Positions 1 to 25,437 of a stretch of DNA of 64,000 nt are shown one piece after another. Below the pieces are notes generated by a model. It saw only the letters and a list, made by a program, of their open reading frames with translations, was not told the DNA's origin and did not search any database. The first letter of the stretch is position 1; the number at the start of each line of letters is the position of its first letter. This DNA is from Chrysomallon squamiferum (Eukaryota > Animalia > Mollusca), in assembly GCA_012295275.1 (NCBI GenBank), contig CM022677.1, positions 16,492,001 to 16,556,000 of the forward strand, in the 5' to 3' direction. The translations under genes and the position numbers were made by a program.

Positions 1-101
1 CTCTGTATGTGTGTCTGTCTCTTTTCTTTCTCTCTCTCGCTCTATTCTCTCACTATATACATATATATTTTTCCTTCTATCTATATTTTTCCTTCTATCT
101 G

Positions 102-150
<49 letters not shown>

Positions 151-672
151 GTACATATATATGTGTATGTATCTCTGTGTGTTTGTGTGTCTACATGTAT
201 GTGTGTGTTATACTGTCAATTTCACCTCCCCCCAAACCCACTTGAAAACATTCATGAAACGCTCCTTCACAATATATAATAGATTTTGTTTGGAAACTGC
301 AAAAGAGTTTACGCCTGTCTTTGTAAACAAGTTAACATGGAATAAACACATTGAAAATAAAGATCTGCTTTAAGAACAATTATAGCTTTACACGCCCGAA
401 GGCTACCATCAAAAAGTGGGAATTGACAAAAATGATCATTTTAATGTTAAATAACAAACGAATAAAATACAACAGCGAACAAACTGAAGTCAGCCATTTT
501 GTTTAGTCATTTGTGTACTATACTATGTCATACTATGTCATGACGTCATATTGTGACGTCATGTCATCGATGGAGATATTATTCTATGAAATATAAGTAA
601 ATGAGCGAGTGAATATTATTATAACGACAACAACAGAAGAAGCAACAGTAAAAACAGTAATAATAATAATAA

Positions 673-703
<31 letters not shown>

Positions 704-1386
704 AAGAAGAAGATACGCAGTCGATGACAATGATAACAACAATACTGTAACAAGTATAACTACTACTACTACATTATTATTAACACATCACTACTACAAC
801 CACCACTAGTACTGCTATTAATACTACTGCCACTAACATTACGTCTAATATTACCGCAGCTACTATTACTACTACTACTACTACTACTACTATTACTACT
901 AAACTACTACCACTACCTCTACCACTACCACAGCTATAACTACAGCTTTTACTCTGATTATTAATATAGTTATTATTATTGCTATTGATGCGTGGTGGTT
1001 GTTGTTCTTATCAGCATCGTCATCATAATCACAGATGGTCGAAGCTTCATTAATGTCACAGTGACCTTTTGTTTTTTAAATCAGGGAAAACCACTTTTTG
1101 CCGAGCGTGGTGTTTGTGGGCTTCAAACGGTAACCGTAGACAATAAACGAATTCATTTTTAAAATAAAATATTTTAGTATAATAAAAATAATAATAATAA
1201 AATAAATAAATAAATAAATAAGTCGTCAATTTCAGTATGATGTATTTGCCTCATTTGCCTCAATTAAGTTATGGCCGTGAATGATTTTTGTTACAGTATT
1301 TTTTATTTCTATTTTTATATTTATTGATTATCTAAATTACTTAGATTCAGACCATAGCAACATGTTACTGTAATTATTATTATTAT

Positions 1387-1433
<47 letters not shown>

Positions 1434-1603
1434 AAAGTAGTAGTAAAAGTACTAGTAATAGTAGTAGTAGTAGTAATAGTACTAGTAATACAAGTAGTAA
1501 TAGCAGCAGTAATAGTAGTAGTAGTAGCAGCAGTAGTAGTAGCAGTAGTAGCAGTAGAAGTAGTAGTAGTAGCAGTAGTAGTAGTAGTAGTAGTAGCAAC
1601 AGC

Positions 1604-1661
<58 letters not shown>

Positions 1662-1663
1662 CC

Positions 1664-1728
<65 letters not shown>

Positions 1729-2013
1729 CAGTAGTAGCAGTAGTAGTAGTAGTAGATATTTTAAAATAACAATGAAGGAAAAAATACAAAAATGTTTTCT
1801 AGCCCAGTGGGTTTGTATAACCCGTTTTATTTTTGTTTTTATTAGTCTTCTGTTAACTTAATTGTTCATAGTTTTCATTTTTCTTATTATTTGACCGACA
1901 TTACTGAAAGATAAAATCAAGAAAAGTAAATTAAACTTATGAAAGGAAGATCAAACAGTTTGTTAAGTCAGATAATTTTTATTTTTGAGGGTACGCTTGG
2001 GTCTGTGCGTATT

Positions 2014-2061
<48 letters not shown>

Positions 2062-2859
2062 AAAGAGAAGAGAGAGAGACTTTTAATTGTGTTGTTATAT
2101 TCGTTATCTATCAAAAAAAAAAAAAAAAAAATAAATACATAGCATAATATTTTCTTTAAAAAAAAGTACACTTTTAATTCTACTTATCATTTCTACACAA
2201 ACAAAATAAATAAATAAAATTAAATAAAATTAAATAAAAACAATGAAATTTTTTTTTTAAAAATTGAAAAACAAAGATTATTTCATTCATTAAAGTAATA
2301 ACGATAATCGGAAACGGTCACTGTAAGTCGTACGATGTGACAGCACCTTTAGGCACTGTTTCTCTCCTGACAAGCAGACGAAACTGTCGTCTTAGCCCGG
2401 TTTTCCAAGGTGACATACGTCAGTTGTCATGGTGATATATAGCCGTCTTTTTGTGCGCATGTGACTAAGAAGTTTATGCATCATGTTTTCAGTGCACCGT
2501 GTTTTACTCATCTTCGTATTGCGTGTCCGTACGTCTGTCACTTTCTATTTAAAGTTGTAGATCTGGGTCGTTATAAGTTTTTTTAACTTGTTACACCTCT
2601 GTTTTTTCTTCTGTCTGTCTGTCTGACTGACTGTAACTGTGTGTGTCCGTTTGTTTGAGTATGTATGTCTGTCTGTCTATGTATTGCAGATCAATTAAAA
2701 ACAGAGAACCGGAGAAAAGAAAGAAACACAATTTTTATAAATAAATCAAGTAGTTTTTTTTTTTAGTCTCTGTGTATGGGTGTGTATGGGCGTATTTTCG
2801 TGTGTGTGTGTGTTTGTGTGTAGAAACGTTTTTCGAAGAAACTTATGCAGTAAAGGCAG

Positions 2860-2929
<70 letters not shown>

Positions 2930-3074
2930 GGCAGAATGAAAGCGAGAGATGGAGAGGAAGAATGAGAGACAAACAAACAGACAGCAGAGAGAAATGTACA
3001 GAGTTCAGTTTACCCGTAGTCACACAGACACACATTCACACAGAGACACACATACACACACATACACACAGACA

Positions 3075-3117
<43 letters not shown>

Positions 3118-3741
3118 ACATACACAGAGACACACATACACACACAGAGACACACATACACACAGAGACACACATACAGACACACACACACACACACACA
3201 GACACACACACACACACACACACACACATAAAATAAATATATATGAGACGACCGAAACCGACAAAACGAAATGAAGACAGATTAACAGTTGGAAAGACAG
3301 ACAAACAGACAGTCAGACAGAAAGACAGACGGACAGACACACCGGTCGTTTAGTGGCCGAATCCAGGAAATAGAACTTTACGTTTGTTTCAATATTTGAC
3401 TAACAGTCTTTAAACTTTACGTCGTGACCTCGACCACGTCGTAAATGTCGACGTGTTTGTCACACAACTCAAACACGCCCACCACGACAACAGGAAGACA
3501 CAAAGTTGTCAAAAATGTTTTAAAAAAAGAAAAAAAAAAAAAAAAAAGGGATACGAAACAATAAACAAAAGAAAAAATAATAACGATAATTTAAAATAAA
3601 AAAATATAATAATAATGATAATAATAACAAGAATAAAACGTTTGAAAAGAAAATAGAAAAACTTAAAAGATAAAAATTAATATAATAATAATAATAATAA
3701 TAATAAACAGAAAAAAAACCTTTCAAACATCACATAATAAA

Positions 3742-3785
<44 letters not shown>

Positions 3786-4254
3786 TAACAACAACAAAAC
3801 CTTTAATAATAATAATGATGATAATAATAATAATAAAAAACAACAACAACAAAACCTTTCAAACATCATATAAATAAAATAACGTTAGAAGAAAAAAATA
3901 ATAATAATTCATTGACAAACAACTAAGGATATATAGCTTGCATTCGTCCCCATAACCCCCACACACACACATTTGTTTTTGATATCTCGCCAATCCCCCC
4001 ACCCCACCCCGACACCAAGTTTCGATAGCTATCAGCTTTTGGAGCGTATATCGAAATAATTGTCATTGAGAAGCAGCCGGTCTTTTGTTATATAAGTAAT
4101 TCGATAACAGTTTCGTTCCAAATCACTGCATGCATGATCTATTATTTTTTTTTATGCTGCTATACAAATTAAAGTACGTTAATATTAAAGGTATACAGAT
4201 TCCCGAAGTAATTTTTTTTTTTAGATCGAACAGAATAATGGTCACGTTTTAATT

Positions 4255-4365
4255 GAAGTAGCTGTTTTTTTTTTAAATTAATAATTAGTTTTAACTGATG
4301 TAGCTGTTTACAAATAGAATAGTACGTTTTTGTTTTTTTTTTTTTTTTTTTTAGTAGTAGTTTAC

Positions 4366-4396
<31 letters not shown>

Positions 4397-4700
4397 TGTT
4401 GTTGTTGTTGTTATTTTTTTTAAATTAATAATTAGTTTTAATTGATGTAGCTGTATACAAATAGTAGTAGTAGTGTAGTAGTAGTAGTAGTAGTGGTAGT
4501 TGTTGTTGTTGTTGTGGTAGTTTTAATTAGTAGTAGTAGTAGTTGTTGTTGTTGTTGTTATTTTTTTAAATTAATTTAGTTTTAACTGTTCTAATACAAA
4601 TGTATTATTGTTATAAGTTTTGTTTTCACCCAATGTAGTTTTTGTTGTTATTGTTTTTAAATTTTTATTATTTTTATTATGTAGCTGTATACAAATAGTA
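4255..4700. repeat. Degenerate ~150-bp tandem triplication with embedded (TAG)/(TTG) repeats
   Basis: ttttaaattaataattagttttaa(c/t)tgatgtagctg-like block at ~4270, 4417 and 4563. Confidence 0.7.
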
Positions 4701-5603
4701 GTAGTAGTCGTCAGTAGTAGTAGTAGTAGTAGTAGTAGTTGTTGTTGTAGTAGTAACTTTATATTACGTTCTATTTTTATTACTGTTATAATTTTGTTTT
4801 CATCCGATGTCGTTTTTGACGTCTATATTTGTATTTTATTAAAAAAAAAAAATTTGGTAATAAAAAAAGAAAAATAAAATAAAACGACCTATTCAAATAT
4901 TCCGATTTTTCGCCCTAACTTTTTTCCAGTAATCTCAACATTATTTTCAAAATTCCTCATAACATAAGAAAAATTAAAGAAAGAAAGAAAGAGGATGAAA
5001 AAAAAAAGAAAAAGAAAGAAAGAAAAAAGATAGGTGAAACGACATAAGGGGAAAGAACAAGACAGAAAGATAGAAAGAGTAAAATAAATAAATGAATAAA
5101 ATAACGATAAAAAAACAAAAGGAAGGAAGATAAAGAAAGAAAGAAAGAAAGAAAGAATAAAGATATAAACCAGTAAAAAAAAAAAATAGAAAGAAAGAAA
5201 GAAAAATAAAAAATAAAACAAAGAAAGCAGTAAAGCAATAAAGAAACAATGACGTAAATGCCTTCTTTAGTGTGACGTAATCTGGAATGACCCCTGTTTG
5301 TTTCACAATGGCGGGTCAGAATAGTTAAGAAATTGACAGGTTCACGGAGGTCAAGTGTAGGGTCACGCCAGCGTCAAAAGCTTTGAGAAATCGACATCGT
5401 TAAAATGAAACCGGACACGTTTTGGAGACAAATGGAACAGAACTGTGTTTTTCACAGCCAGGGTAAAAACTATTGATTCATTATTTATGCAAATTCGTGT
5501 AAAATTGAAATTTAGTGTGTAAAGAAAATTAAATTTGATGTGACGCCTACGTTCTTAGTATTCGTATTTCTCTCTGTCTCTCTCAATGTCTCTCTCTCTA
5601 TCA

Positions 5604-5725
<122 letters not shown>

Positions 5726-6109
5726 AACACACGCAGAAAAGATAAATAACAAGCCAACAAAAGCCTACATCTCTCTGTCTAATATCCTCTCTCTCTCTTT
5801 AAAAAATTTCTTCAATCAAATCCATATCAGTTTCCAGTAGAAATAAATTTTGTCATGCATATAGATTATGCAAACGCATGTTGTGGTACATATTATTTAT
5901 TCTACAGTAAGCAATGATATTCACAATATACCATATTCTTTCACCAACAAAGAAACATGTTTACCTTTATCGGGTAAGAATTCTGGACAAAAGAAAATAT
6001 GACAATCAATGAATACACACATTCTGCTCTACGTACGGGAGTTAAAAAACATAAGAGGAAGTCCAAATGGGTCGTTTTAACCTTTAAATAAATTAATATA
6101 TATATTATA

Positions 6110-6161
<52 letters not shown>

Positions 6162-7779
6162 TTTATTGTTATTATTATTACTAAATTTATTCAGTTTATC
6201 TTCCTTTTCAAAATCAATCGCATGTATACGTCTGGGTATATGTGTGTATGTTTGTGTGAGTGTGACTGTGTCTGTGTCTGTGTGTGTGAGAAAGAAACGT
6301 GTTTTTTGATAGTTGTTATGTATGTCTGTGTTTACGTGTAGGTGCGTGTGTGTTTTGTCTGTGGGTTTTTTGGGGGGCTTGTTTGTTTAATTGTTTATGC
6401 GTGTGTGTGTGTGTGTGTGTGTGCGTGTGTACACAAATTGTGTTCACTAAAGATGTGACGTATTTTATACATGAATTTAGGAATAGAAAGACATTGAGCC
6501 ATCGAGAAAGTAAGACATATGTATTTGTTTGTTTGTTTGTTTACTTATTTATTTATTTATTTATTTATTTATTAAGTTATTGGATACAGGTAAACTGAAC
6601 GACAAGAAAGAAAAAATAAGATAGAAAAGCTAGAAAGAATGAATATTTAACGAAGAAAAAGAAAAAAACATATCGGGGACTGGGTGAAAAGTTAAAAATC
6701 AAACACCTGACAGACAGACAAACAGATGGTTGGATGCATGTATGGGTGGTGGAAAGAATGACAGACAGACAGCCAGACATGGGACGGACGGAGATACAGA
6801 TAGAGAGACGGAATGAGTGGGAAGTGATAAGGAAAGAGAGAAGAAAAAACAAAGATAGATGGAGAGAGTGTTGGGTTTTTGGTTGTTGTTTTGCTTTTTA
6901 TTTTTTTTTTTTTTTTTTTATTTCAACGTGAAGGATATTTGTGTTCACTGGCTATGAACTGTGTACGTGTGTATGTGTGTGTGTATGTGTGTGCGTGCGT
7001 GTGTGTGTTTGTGTGTGTATACAAGCGTATACAGATATATAGATATATATAAAACATACGATTAAAAGTCGAAAAATGGAATAAATGTTAGTAATAATAT
7101 TATATGTATTTTTTTAAATTTCATAATAATTATAACAAATAAATAAACAAAAAATAAATAGTCAGATAGATAGATAAATACATAAATAAATAAACAAACA
7201 AACAAACAAATAAACAAATAAATAAACAAACAAATAAATAAATAAACAAACAAACAAATAAACAAACAAACAAATAAATAAATAAACAAACAAACAAACA
7301 AGCAAACAAACAGACAAATAAATAAACAAACAAACAAACAGATATAGAAATAAAGAAATAATTTTTTAAATAAATACATTAATTCCCATTAATTCATTAA
7401 TTCATTCAAAAATTAAGGCAACAAATACACGAAATAAACGCACTAAGAAATAAAATTAATAACAAAATTCTGTAAAATAAAACTAACAGAAAAAAAACAA
7501 AAAACAAAAACAAACCCTACACGCTCCCTCAATCAAAAAACGTAAATAAAAGAAATGACAACGTTCTAAAAATAGAACAAAACTACAATAGATGTTTATA
7601 CTCCACTCCGACACGCATGACTTGTCTTCCTTCAGAACTTGTATCTATCTCTACCTGCATTTAAATAATTCAGGTAAGCAGAGAAAAAAAAAAAAAAAAA
7701 TCAATATCACCATGCACAGGTATTTCATACCCTTCAATATACAAAAATATATATATATATAGGAACTGTAACTCAAAGA

Positions 7780-8040
7780 AATCTTGCTTACCTGGATTTC
7801 AACAAGCACACGCCGGCTTAACCGTCAAACACCCTACACGCAAGCAGGTATCCCCATTGTTATGTTCGCCAGTTCCGATCATCGGACCCGAACACATGTA
7901 GGTCACGTGACACTGCCTTCGGCCATTATCGTTTTCGGGTCATGGGCTGTACAGCGAGCGGTACACAGGCTGTTATGTTTACGCCGGTCGCCTACTGTTT
8001 GTTTACATCCGTGTTGGTAATAAGGCGTTTGGAGTTAAAG
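7780..8040. promoter_or_regulatory. CpG-rich patch, possible (bidirectional) promoter with a minus-strand non-coding exon
   Basis: Locally GC/CpG-rich with GTCACGTGAC palindrome (~7902-7911). Minus-strand donor CAG|GTAAGC at ~7791. Confidence 0.35.
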
Positions 8041-8126
8041 AAGCGTTATCTGTTGTTGTTGTTTTTTTGGGTGTTTTATTTGCATTTCTTTTTCTTTTTC
8101 TGTGTGTGTGTTGTGTGTGTGTGTGT

Positions 8127-8217
<91 letters not shown>

Positions 8218-9114
8218 TCTCTCTCTCTCTCTTTCTCCCTCCCTCCCTCCCTCTCTTTCTTATGGCGATATAAGCTGTAGAGTCAAATTGACTAGTGTAG
8301 AGAATCTGAAATAAATAGAGGTGTACTGACAAGCAAGAAGAGACAGAAAGAAAATAACAAAACAGAATTATGTAACTGTGTATTTCGCAGCCAGAATAAT
8401 TATTTTTATCGATTCATTATTTATGCGAGTTCGTGTAAAATGAAATTTAGCGTGTAAAGAAAATTGAAAGCGATGTAATCTTCTTTCTCTTTGTCTCTCT
8501 GAATGGCTATCATTTTTTCTCTCTCTCTCACTCTCTCTGTGTGTTAGTATATCTATCTATCTATCTATTATCTATCTATATATATATATATTTATGTATG
8601 TATGTATGTATGCGTATGTATGTATGTGTGTGCGTATATAAATATAAATATAAATATATATATATATAAGTATTAATATCTGTTTCGTTTAATTAAAGTT
8701 TAATTAAAGTTTAATTAAACCAAACAGATATTAATAATGTAAGACAATCCAGTGTTGTTGATAGGTTCTGTATGGGTTTGTGTGTGTCTATATGTATGAG
8801 AAAATATATAAAAAAAAAAAACAACAACATGAAATCAAGCATTTCAAACTGGAGAAATATGTACGCAAGAGTAATGAGTTACTTCCCTTACATCGATTAT
8901 AAATAATTAACATTATTTCTCACATTTGAGAGATATAGGTAAAGATATGAAGGAAAGAGTATAGTTAGGTATGCTTGTAGGTAAATAGCTGTTATATCTA
9001 GATGTGGACACACACATACACATGCACATACATACATATTGGAGGATATATTAGATGATAGATATATAGTCATTCATAATGTCTAGAAAGCGTCCCAGAG
9101 AGATTAAGAGTCAC

Positions 9115-9390
<276 letters not shown>

Positions 9391-9719
9391 GAAAACGAAA
9401 ATACTGAAGCCTGGTATGAAATACAATGATAGCTATTTCAGTTACTATTCTTCTTGGAGGAAAGAAATTTATCTATTTTCCCATTCCCACACAGCAAGAA
9501 AATTTTTCTTTTTTATAAATAGTTTTACAAAGACAGGACAGTACGTACCATGTACAAATATTATAACTCGCGGGCAGAGGGGGGAAGAAAGTTCAAAGTT
9601 GCATTGATGAGCAGCGATTCTTTCCCGAAACGCTTTCCGTATCCTCAGTCTGTAGAGACAATTTGCTTACATCATGTAGCAGATAGTGTTTATTGTTAAG
9701 CAGCGTCTAAAAGATTATT

Positions 9720-9766
<47 letters not shown>

Positions 9767-9836
9767 CATAATAATAATAATAATAATAATATATACTAAT
9801 AATAATAATAATAAACCCCTTAACCATAAATATAAA

Positions 9837-9896
<60 letters not shown>

Positions 9897-9931
9897 CATT
9901 ACTGGTACCAGTATTTCTCTGTTATTACTAC

Positions 9932-9981
<50 letters not shown>

Positions 9982-10254
9982 CAGTAATAATATTATTATT
10001 GTTGTTGTTGTTGTTGTCGTCGTCATCTTCGTCATCATCATACGTTTCAAGTCACGAATTACAAATAAATATTTCAATTCCCTGCTTCCTAGATGGGCGT
10101 CAAACATGTGAGGCAAACGAGCATCCAAGAAATCTACGACACCAGGCGAAAACAGGCGAAAACAGGCGAAAACATACGAAGTTTTTTGTTTCTTTTCATC
10201 TATTAATCTAAGTGCACATGGAACCCTCTACCTCCAGCCCTTAAATATACGCCA

Positions 10255-10580
10255 TCAGATTATTATTATTATTATTATTACTACTACTGCTGCTACTACT
10301 ACTACTACTGCTACTAATACTACCACTACTACTAGTACTAGTACTAGTACTATTACTACTACTACTAGTACTACTACTACTATTACTCTTATTATTATTA
10401 TTACTACTACTACTACTACTAATACTAATACTACCACTACTACTAGTAATACTACTAGTACTATTACTACTACTACTACTACTATTACTGTTATTATTAT
10501 TATCATTACTACTACTACTACCACTACTACTACTATTACTACTACTACTACAACTACTACTATTATTACTACTACTACTA

Positions 10581-10631
<51 letters not shown>

Positions 10632-11142
10632 TTACTACTACTACTATTACTTGTTATTATTATTATTATTACTACTACTACTACTATTACTACCACTACT
10701 ACTAGTACTGCAACTACTACTACTATTACTATTACTACTACTACTACTACTATTATTACTACTACTATTACTCCTACTACCACTACTACTATTACTACTA
10801 CTACTATTATTACTATTATTATTATTCCTACTACTACTACTATGTTATCTCTACCTACTACTACTACTACTATTACTACTACTACTACTATTATTATTAC
10901 TACTACTACTACTACTACTATTACTACTACTACTACTACTACTATTACTCTTATTATTATTATTACTACTTTACTACTATACTTTACCACTACTAGTAAT
11001 ACTACTGGTACTATTACTACTACTACTACTATTATTACTACTACTACTATTACTCCTACTACTACTACTACTATTACTACTACTACTACTATTATTACTA
11101 CTACTACTACTACTACACTACTACTATTATTACTACTACTAT

Positions 11143-11183
<41 letters not shown>

Positions 11184-11323
11184 TTACTACTACTACTACT
11201 ACTACTACTATTACTGTTATTATTATTATTATTACTACTACTAGTATTAGTTGTTATTATTACTACTACTACTATTACTATTATTATCATTATTATTACT
11301 ACTACTACTACAACTACTTTTAC

Positions 11324-11368
<45 letters not shown>

Positions 11369-11402
11369 CATCATTATCATTATCATTATCATTATCATTA
11401 TC

Positions 11403-11448
<46 letters not shown>

Positions 11449-11475
11449 CTACTACTATTATTATTATTACTTAAT
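10255..11475. repeat. Long compound (ACT)n/(ATT)n/(ATCATT)n microsatellite
   Basis: About 1.2 kb of trinucleotide repeats, the source of the 395-aa and 210-aa spurious ORFs. Confidence 0.95.
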
Positions 11476-11950
11476 CCACTTAGCCACAACGACTAAAATA
11501 CAAGTAGATTTCTCGCTATTGTTATCAAACTGAAAATCGATCACTTTCATCATTCTGGCAAAAAAATATTAAGAATTAATACGTCAAGGGAGATAACTCG
11601 TAACAATATTATTACCTTCTTCAAAAAAAAAAAAAAAAAAAAAAAGCATTTCATGTGACAACTTGTTAATTATTTGTCAACTCGTGTATCCGATTACCTG
11701 TAACGACTTTTACATATTCGTGGAAACACGATAATGCTACACACGCTTGAAACTGCGGAATAAAAGTGTCATGGATTTGGATCTGCTACATATTAATGAT
11801 GTATCGTAAAGACGACAAAAAAATAAAAATAATAATAATTAAATAAAATATAATAATAATAATAATAATAAGGATAATAATGTGGTGCTAAAATAAAGAT
11901 AGTGTACAGGTTAGGAAACCAGGTGTTGAAAATACCTGAATGACGTCATT

Positions 11951-12022
11951 ATGGATTTGAGGATCGTACGGAGTTTTCGTTTAATCTCGGATTATTTTTT
12001 GTGTTGGTTAATTTACTGCAAG
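11951..12022 (+). CDS. Candidate first (signal-peptide) exon of the ADAM10-like gene
   Basis: ATG at 11951 just after a TGACGTCA, with a strong donor AG|GTGAGT at 12022/12023. The 72 nt are phase 0, but the 14271 acceptor needs phase 1. It fits with either a 1-nt T-run correction (MDLRIVRSFSFNLGLFFVLVNLLQ|G) or the alternative acceptor before 14255. Confidence 0.45.
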
Positions 12023-12264
12023 GTGAGTGAATTGTAGTTTGTGTTGATGTTATATTTAATTAAATAATATAAATTTATTTGTTTGGGTTTTTTTTAAATT
12101 TATTTATTGTTATATTTTTATTTTAAAATATCATTATTTTCAGTTTTTTTTTCTTTAACATTTGTGTTTAACTCCTTTCTTATCTGTTTCTCTCTGTCTC
12201 TCTTTCTGGCTATCTTTCTTTCTGTCTCTGTCTCTCTCTGTCTCTCTGCCTCTGTCTCTCTCTA

Positions 12265-12333
<69 letters not shown>

Positions 12334-12580
12334 ATCATTTTTGGTTATTTGCGTGTCCATCAAGAAATAAAAATACTTTTTTGTTTTATAATGAGCATTC
12401 TACATCCTATAAATAACTAAAAAAATAAAAAGAATAAAAATAAATATAAGAAACGAAAACAATAATCAGAAATGGTGTCCAAAAATATCGAATTGTCAAA
12501 ACATAATTTCTGAAAAAATCAGGTATTATTATCATGTCTTGAAAAATATTTTAATATAGTTTATGGTCTATATTTTTGTA

Positions 12581-12642
<62 letters not shown>

Positions 12643-13190
12643 TGAAGAAGAAAATGAAAGAAATGAGAATGAAAGAATGAAAAGAATTTTAATAATAAAA
12701 AACAAAACATTAAATGAAAAAAAATAAAGGAAAAGAAATAAAATAAAGAAGACAAAACTAAAAAATCTGTATTATTACAGTAAAATAATAATAACAATTT
12801 TCTACTATGTACAACTACTACCTACTAAACATTTCTAATAATAATAATAATGGCGACATAATAGAAACAAAAACAAAACAACTAACTATAAATAGAAGAA
12901 CAGAAAAGTCTATTGTGTTGTTATTTCATTACTATTGTTTACCTTGAAAAACAATCTGATTTCATCGAGTTTCGTTAGTGCTGTAAAAACAAACGTGATC
13001 CATAACACAGATTCTTATATTGTGAAAGTAATTCATGTTACAGAGAGCAAATGAGAGAGAGAGACAGAGGTAGAGATAAGGAGACAGAAATTGAGAAAGA
13101 TGAATGACACACACACACACGTGCATACATATATACGTGTGTATATGTGTGTATATATGTATCGACAAAAAATAGAGATATAGTAATAGC

Positions 13191-13302
<112 letters not shown>

Positions 13303-14270
13303 AGATAGAGAGAGAGAATAAATTATTTATACTAATGAGATATGTACACAAACACATCCGCACATACATACATACACAAACACAGAATCAAGCGCAACAC
13401 ACACACAAAAACATACACATACACACATGGATGTGTGTATGTCTGTGTGTTTATCTGTCTGTTTACCAACTAAACTACAAAACCTGTGGAAACATTAACA
13501 AGACGAATCTGAATAGAATATCTCTGCCATGACTGAGCATATCAATATTTCATTCTTCTTATTTCTGTTTCCGACAGAACATTTCAGAGTAAGTTTTTCA
13601 CTCTTACTAATGGCTGATGATTTCTGCTAAATACTGCGTCCTGAATTCCACAGCCTTTCTTCCCTTTGTGGTACTTTTTTTTTTTTTTTTATCGATTGTG
13701 CGTCTAAAAGTATTAATAATTAATCGATTTTTTCTCTGAGATCGAAAATACTGATTCGAGATAATAGACTGAAATTAGCAGACTGTTACAATATAGGACA
13801 CAGACATACACACTGTAATGTGTGTCTGTGTGTTTTTGTGTGTGTGAGTGTGTCTATGTGTCTGTGTGTGTTTGTGTGTGTGTGTATTTTTATTTGTATA
13901 TGTGTGTGTATCTATGTATATATGTGTGTTGTGTGTATGTGTGTCTCTCTGTGTGTGTGCGTGTGTGTGTAGATATATCTTCCAGAATATGTACATAGTT
14001 CGGTAAGTATTTAAGTATTTAAGACAGCACAATATTCAAAATAAATACACACATACATATACACTGACCCGTGTGCGTGCGTGCGTGTATATATCTGTTT
14101 ATATAAATTTGTATAAATATGTGTATGTATGTTTCTCTACAGTATATGTATATGCCTGTTTGAATTACACATGAAAAGGTGAGAGAGACACACACACAGA
14201 CAACACACACATACATCTGATGACTTGACAAATTTTTTTTTTAAATTAAATAAGAATATTTATAATCCAG

Positions 14271-24155
<9,885 letters not shown>

Positions 24156-24286
24156 CCATGGAAACAACATACTTACGATCTACACCGGAAACAGAGGCAC
24201 GCGGAGAAGACAGTAATAACTCCGCCCCCAAACCAAAAAAAATTGTTATAAACACGATACAAATCAAAAATTAAAAATTGACATTA

Positions 24287-24327
<41 letters not shown>

Positions 24328-24478
24328 TAATAATAATAATAATAATGAAGAAGAAGAAAAAGAATAAATATAAAATATAAATTGCCTTTACAGATAATGA
24401 TAAAGGAAACTTTTGAAGGATACAATATTAAATTTAAAAATATAATAATTTAAAACAGTAGTAGTACTTTTGAAATAA

Positions 24479-24541
<63 letters not shown>

Positions 24542-24550
24542 AAGAAGAAG

Positions 24551-24591
<41 letters not shown>

Positions 24592-25405
24592 GAAAAAGAA
24601 GAAGAAAAAGAAGAAAAAGAAGAAATATAAAAATTAAATTACATATAGAAGTAATAATATATCAAACAGTTTATGTAATTCTGAAATCAGATATACAATT
24701 TTTTTTTTTTAAATGTTGTTTTTTTTTTTTTTTTTAAATGCATTAACTGGTGTATTTGATGGTCATTCTGGATTGATAATTATATGATTCTGTAGGTGTA
24801 ATCTTTAAAGGAAAAGGTCCCATTTGGTACCAAAAATATGAAAAAATAAATGAAAACCATAAACTCCCTGAAAACGTCCGTAAGAATTTCTCATCTGTTG
24901 TTTTGTTGTTTGTAAAGGAACGGTTGCTATGTAGATGTATCAGGTTTATTTTTGTACTGCATATAACAGTGTTTTAACAGTATCTACGTTGCCATGAAAC
25001 CACAGATAATAATTTAATATATGCGTCGAATAAAATTTTTATCTTTCTGATGATGAGTTTGTTTTATCGCTGAATGTTTAAAACTGAAAAGAAACACACA
25101 CACATATTGAGGTTTATTCAGTCGCGCGCACACACACACACACACACCCGTAGTTTGTCTTTCTTTTCTAATTGAGTACGTTTGTATGCATGTGAATTTT
25201 ATTTCGTTACATTAAAAATTCTGTTACATTTAGAACAACCAAAATAGAAATGTAGTACTTACCTATATTTTTAATATATTCAAGCATGTGAAAGAAAGAA
25301 AAAGAAAAGACATAAGAAAGAAATTAAAAGATAAATATTTCAGAATCCAGTAACAGCTTTTCACAATTCAAAGTGGACACTGTCTGCTTTGCTATGTATC
25401 GATAA

Positions 25406-25437
<32 letters not shown>

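Noticed and set aside
2484-2530. MFSVHRVLLIFVLRV as an alternative signal-peptide exon
   Set aside because: It is phase-compatible but has a weak donor, lies 12 kb away in a gene with ~1-kb introns, and has no other support.
7942-8016. MGCTASG... as ADAM10 first exon
   Set aside because: The donor is weak (GTAATA), the phase does not match the 14271 acceptor, and the ORF runs into repeats.
10241-11428. 395-aa longest ORF
   Set aside because: It is entirely trinucleotide repeat.
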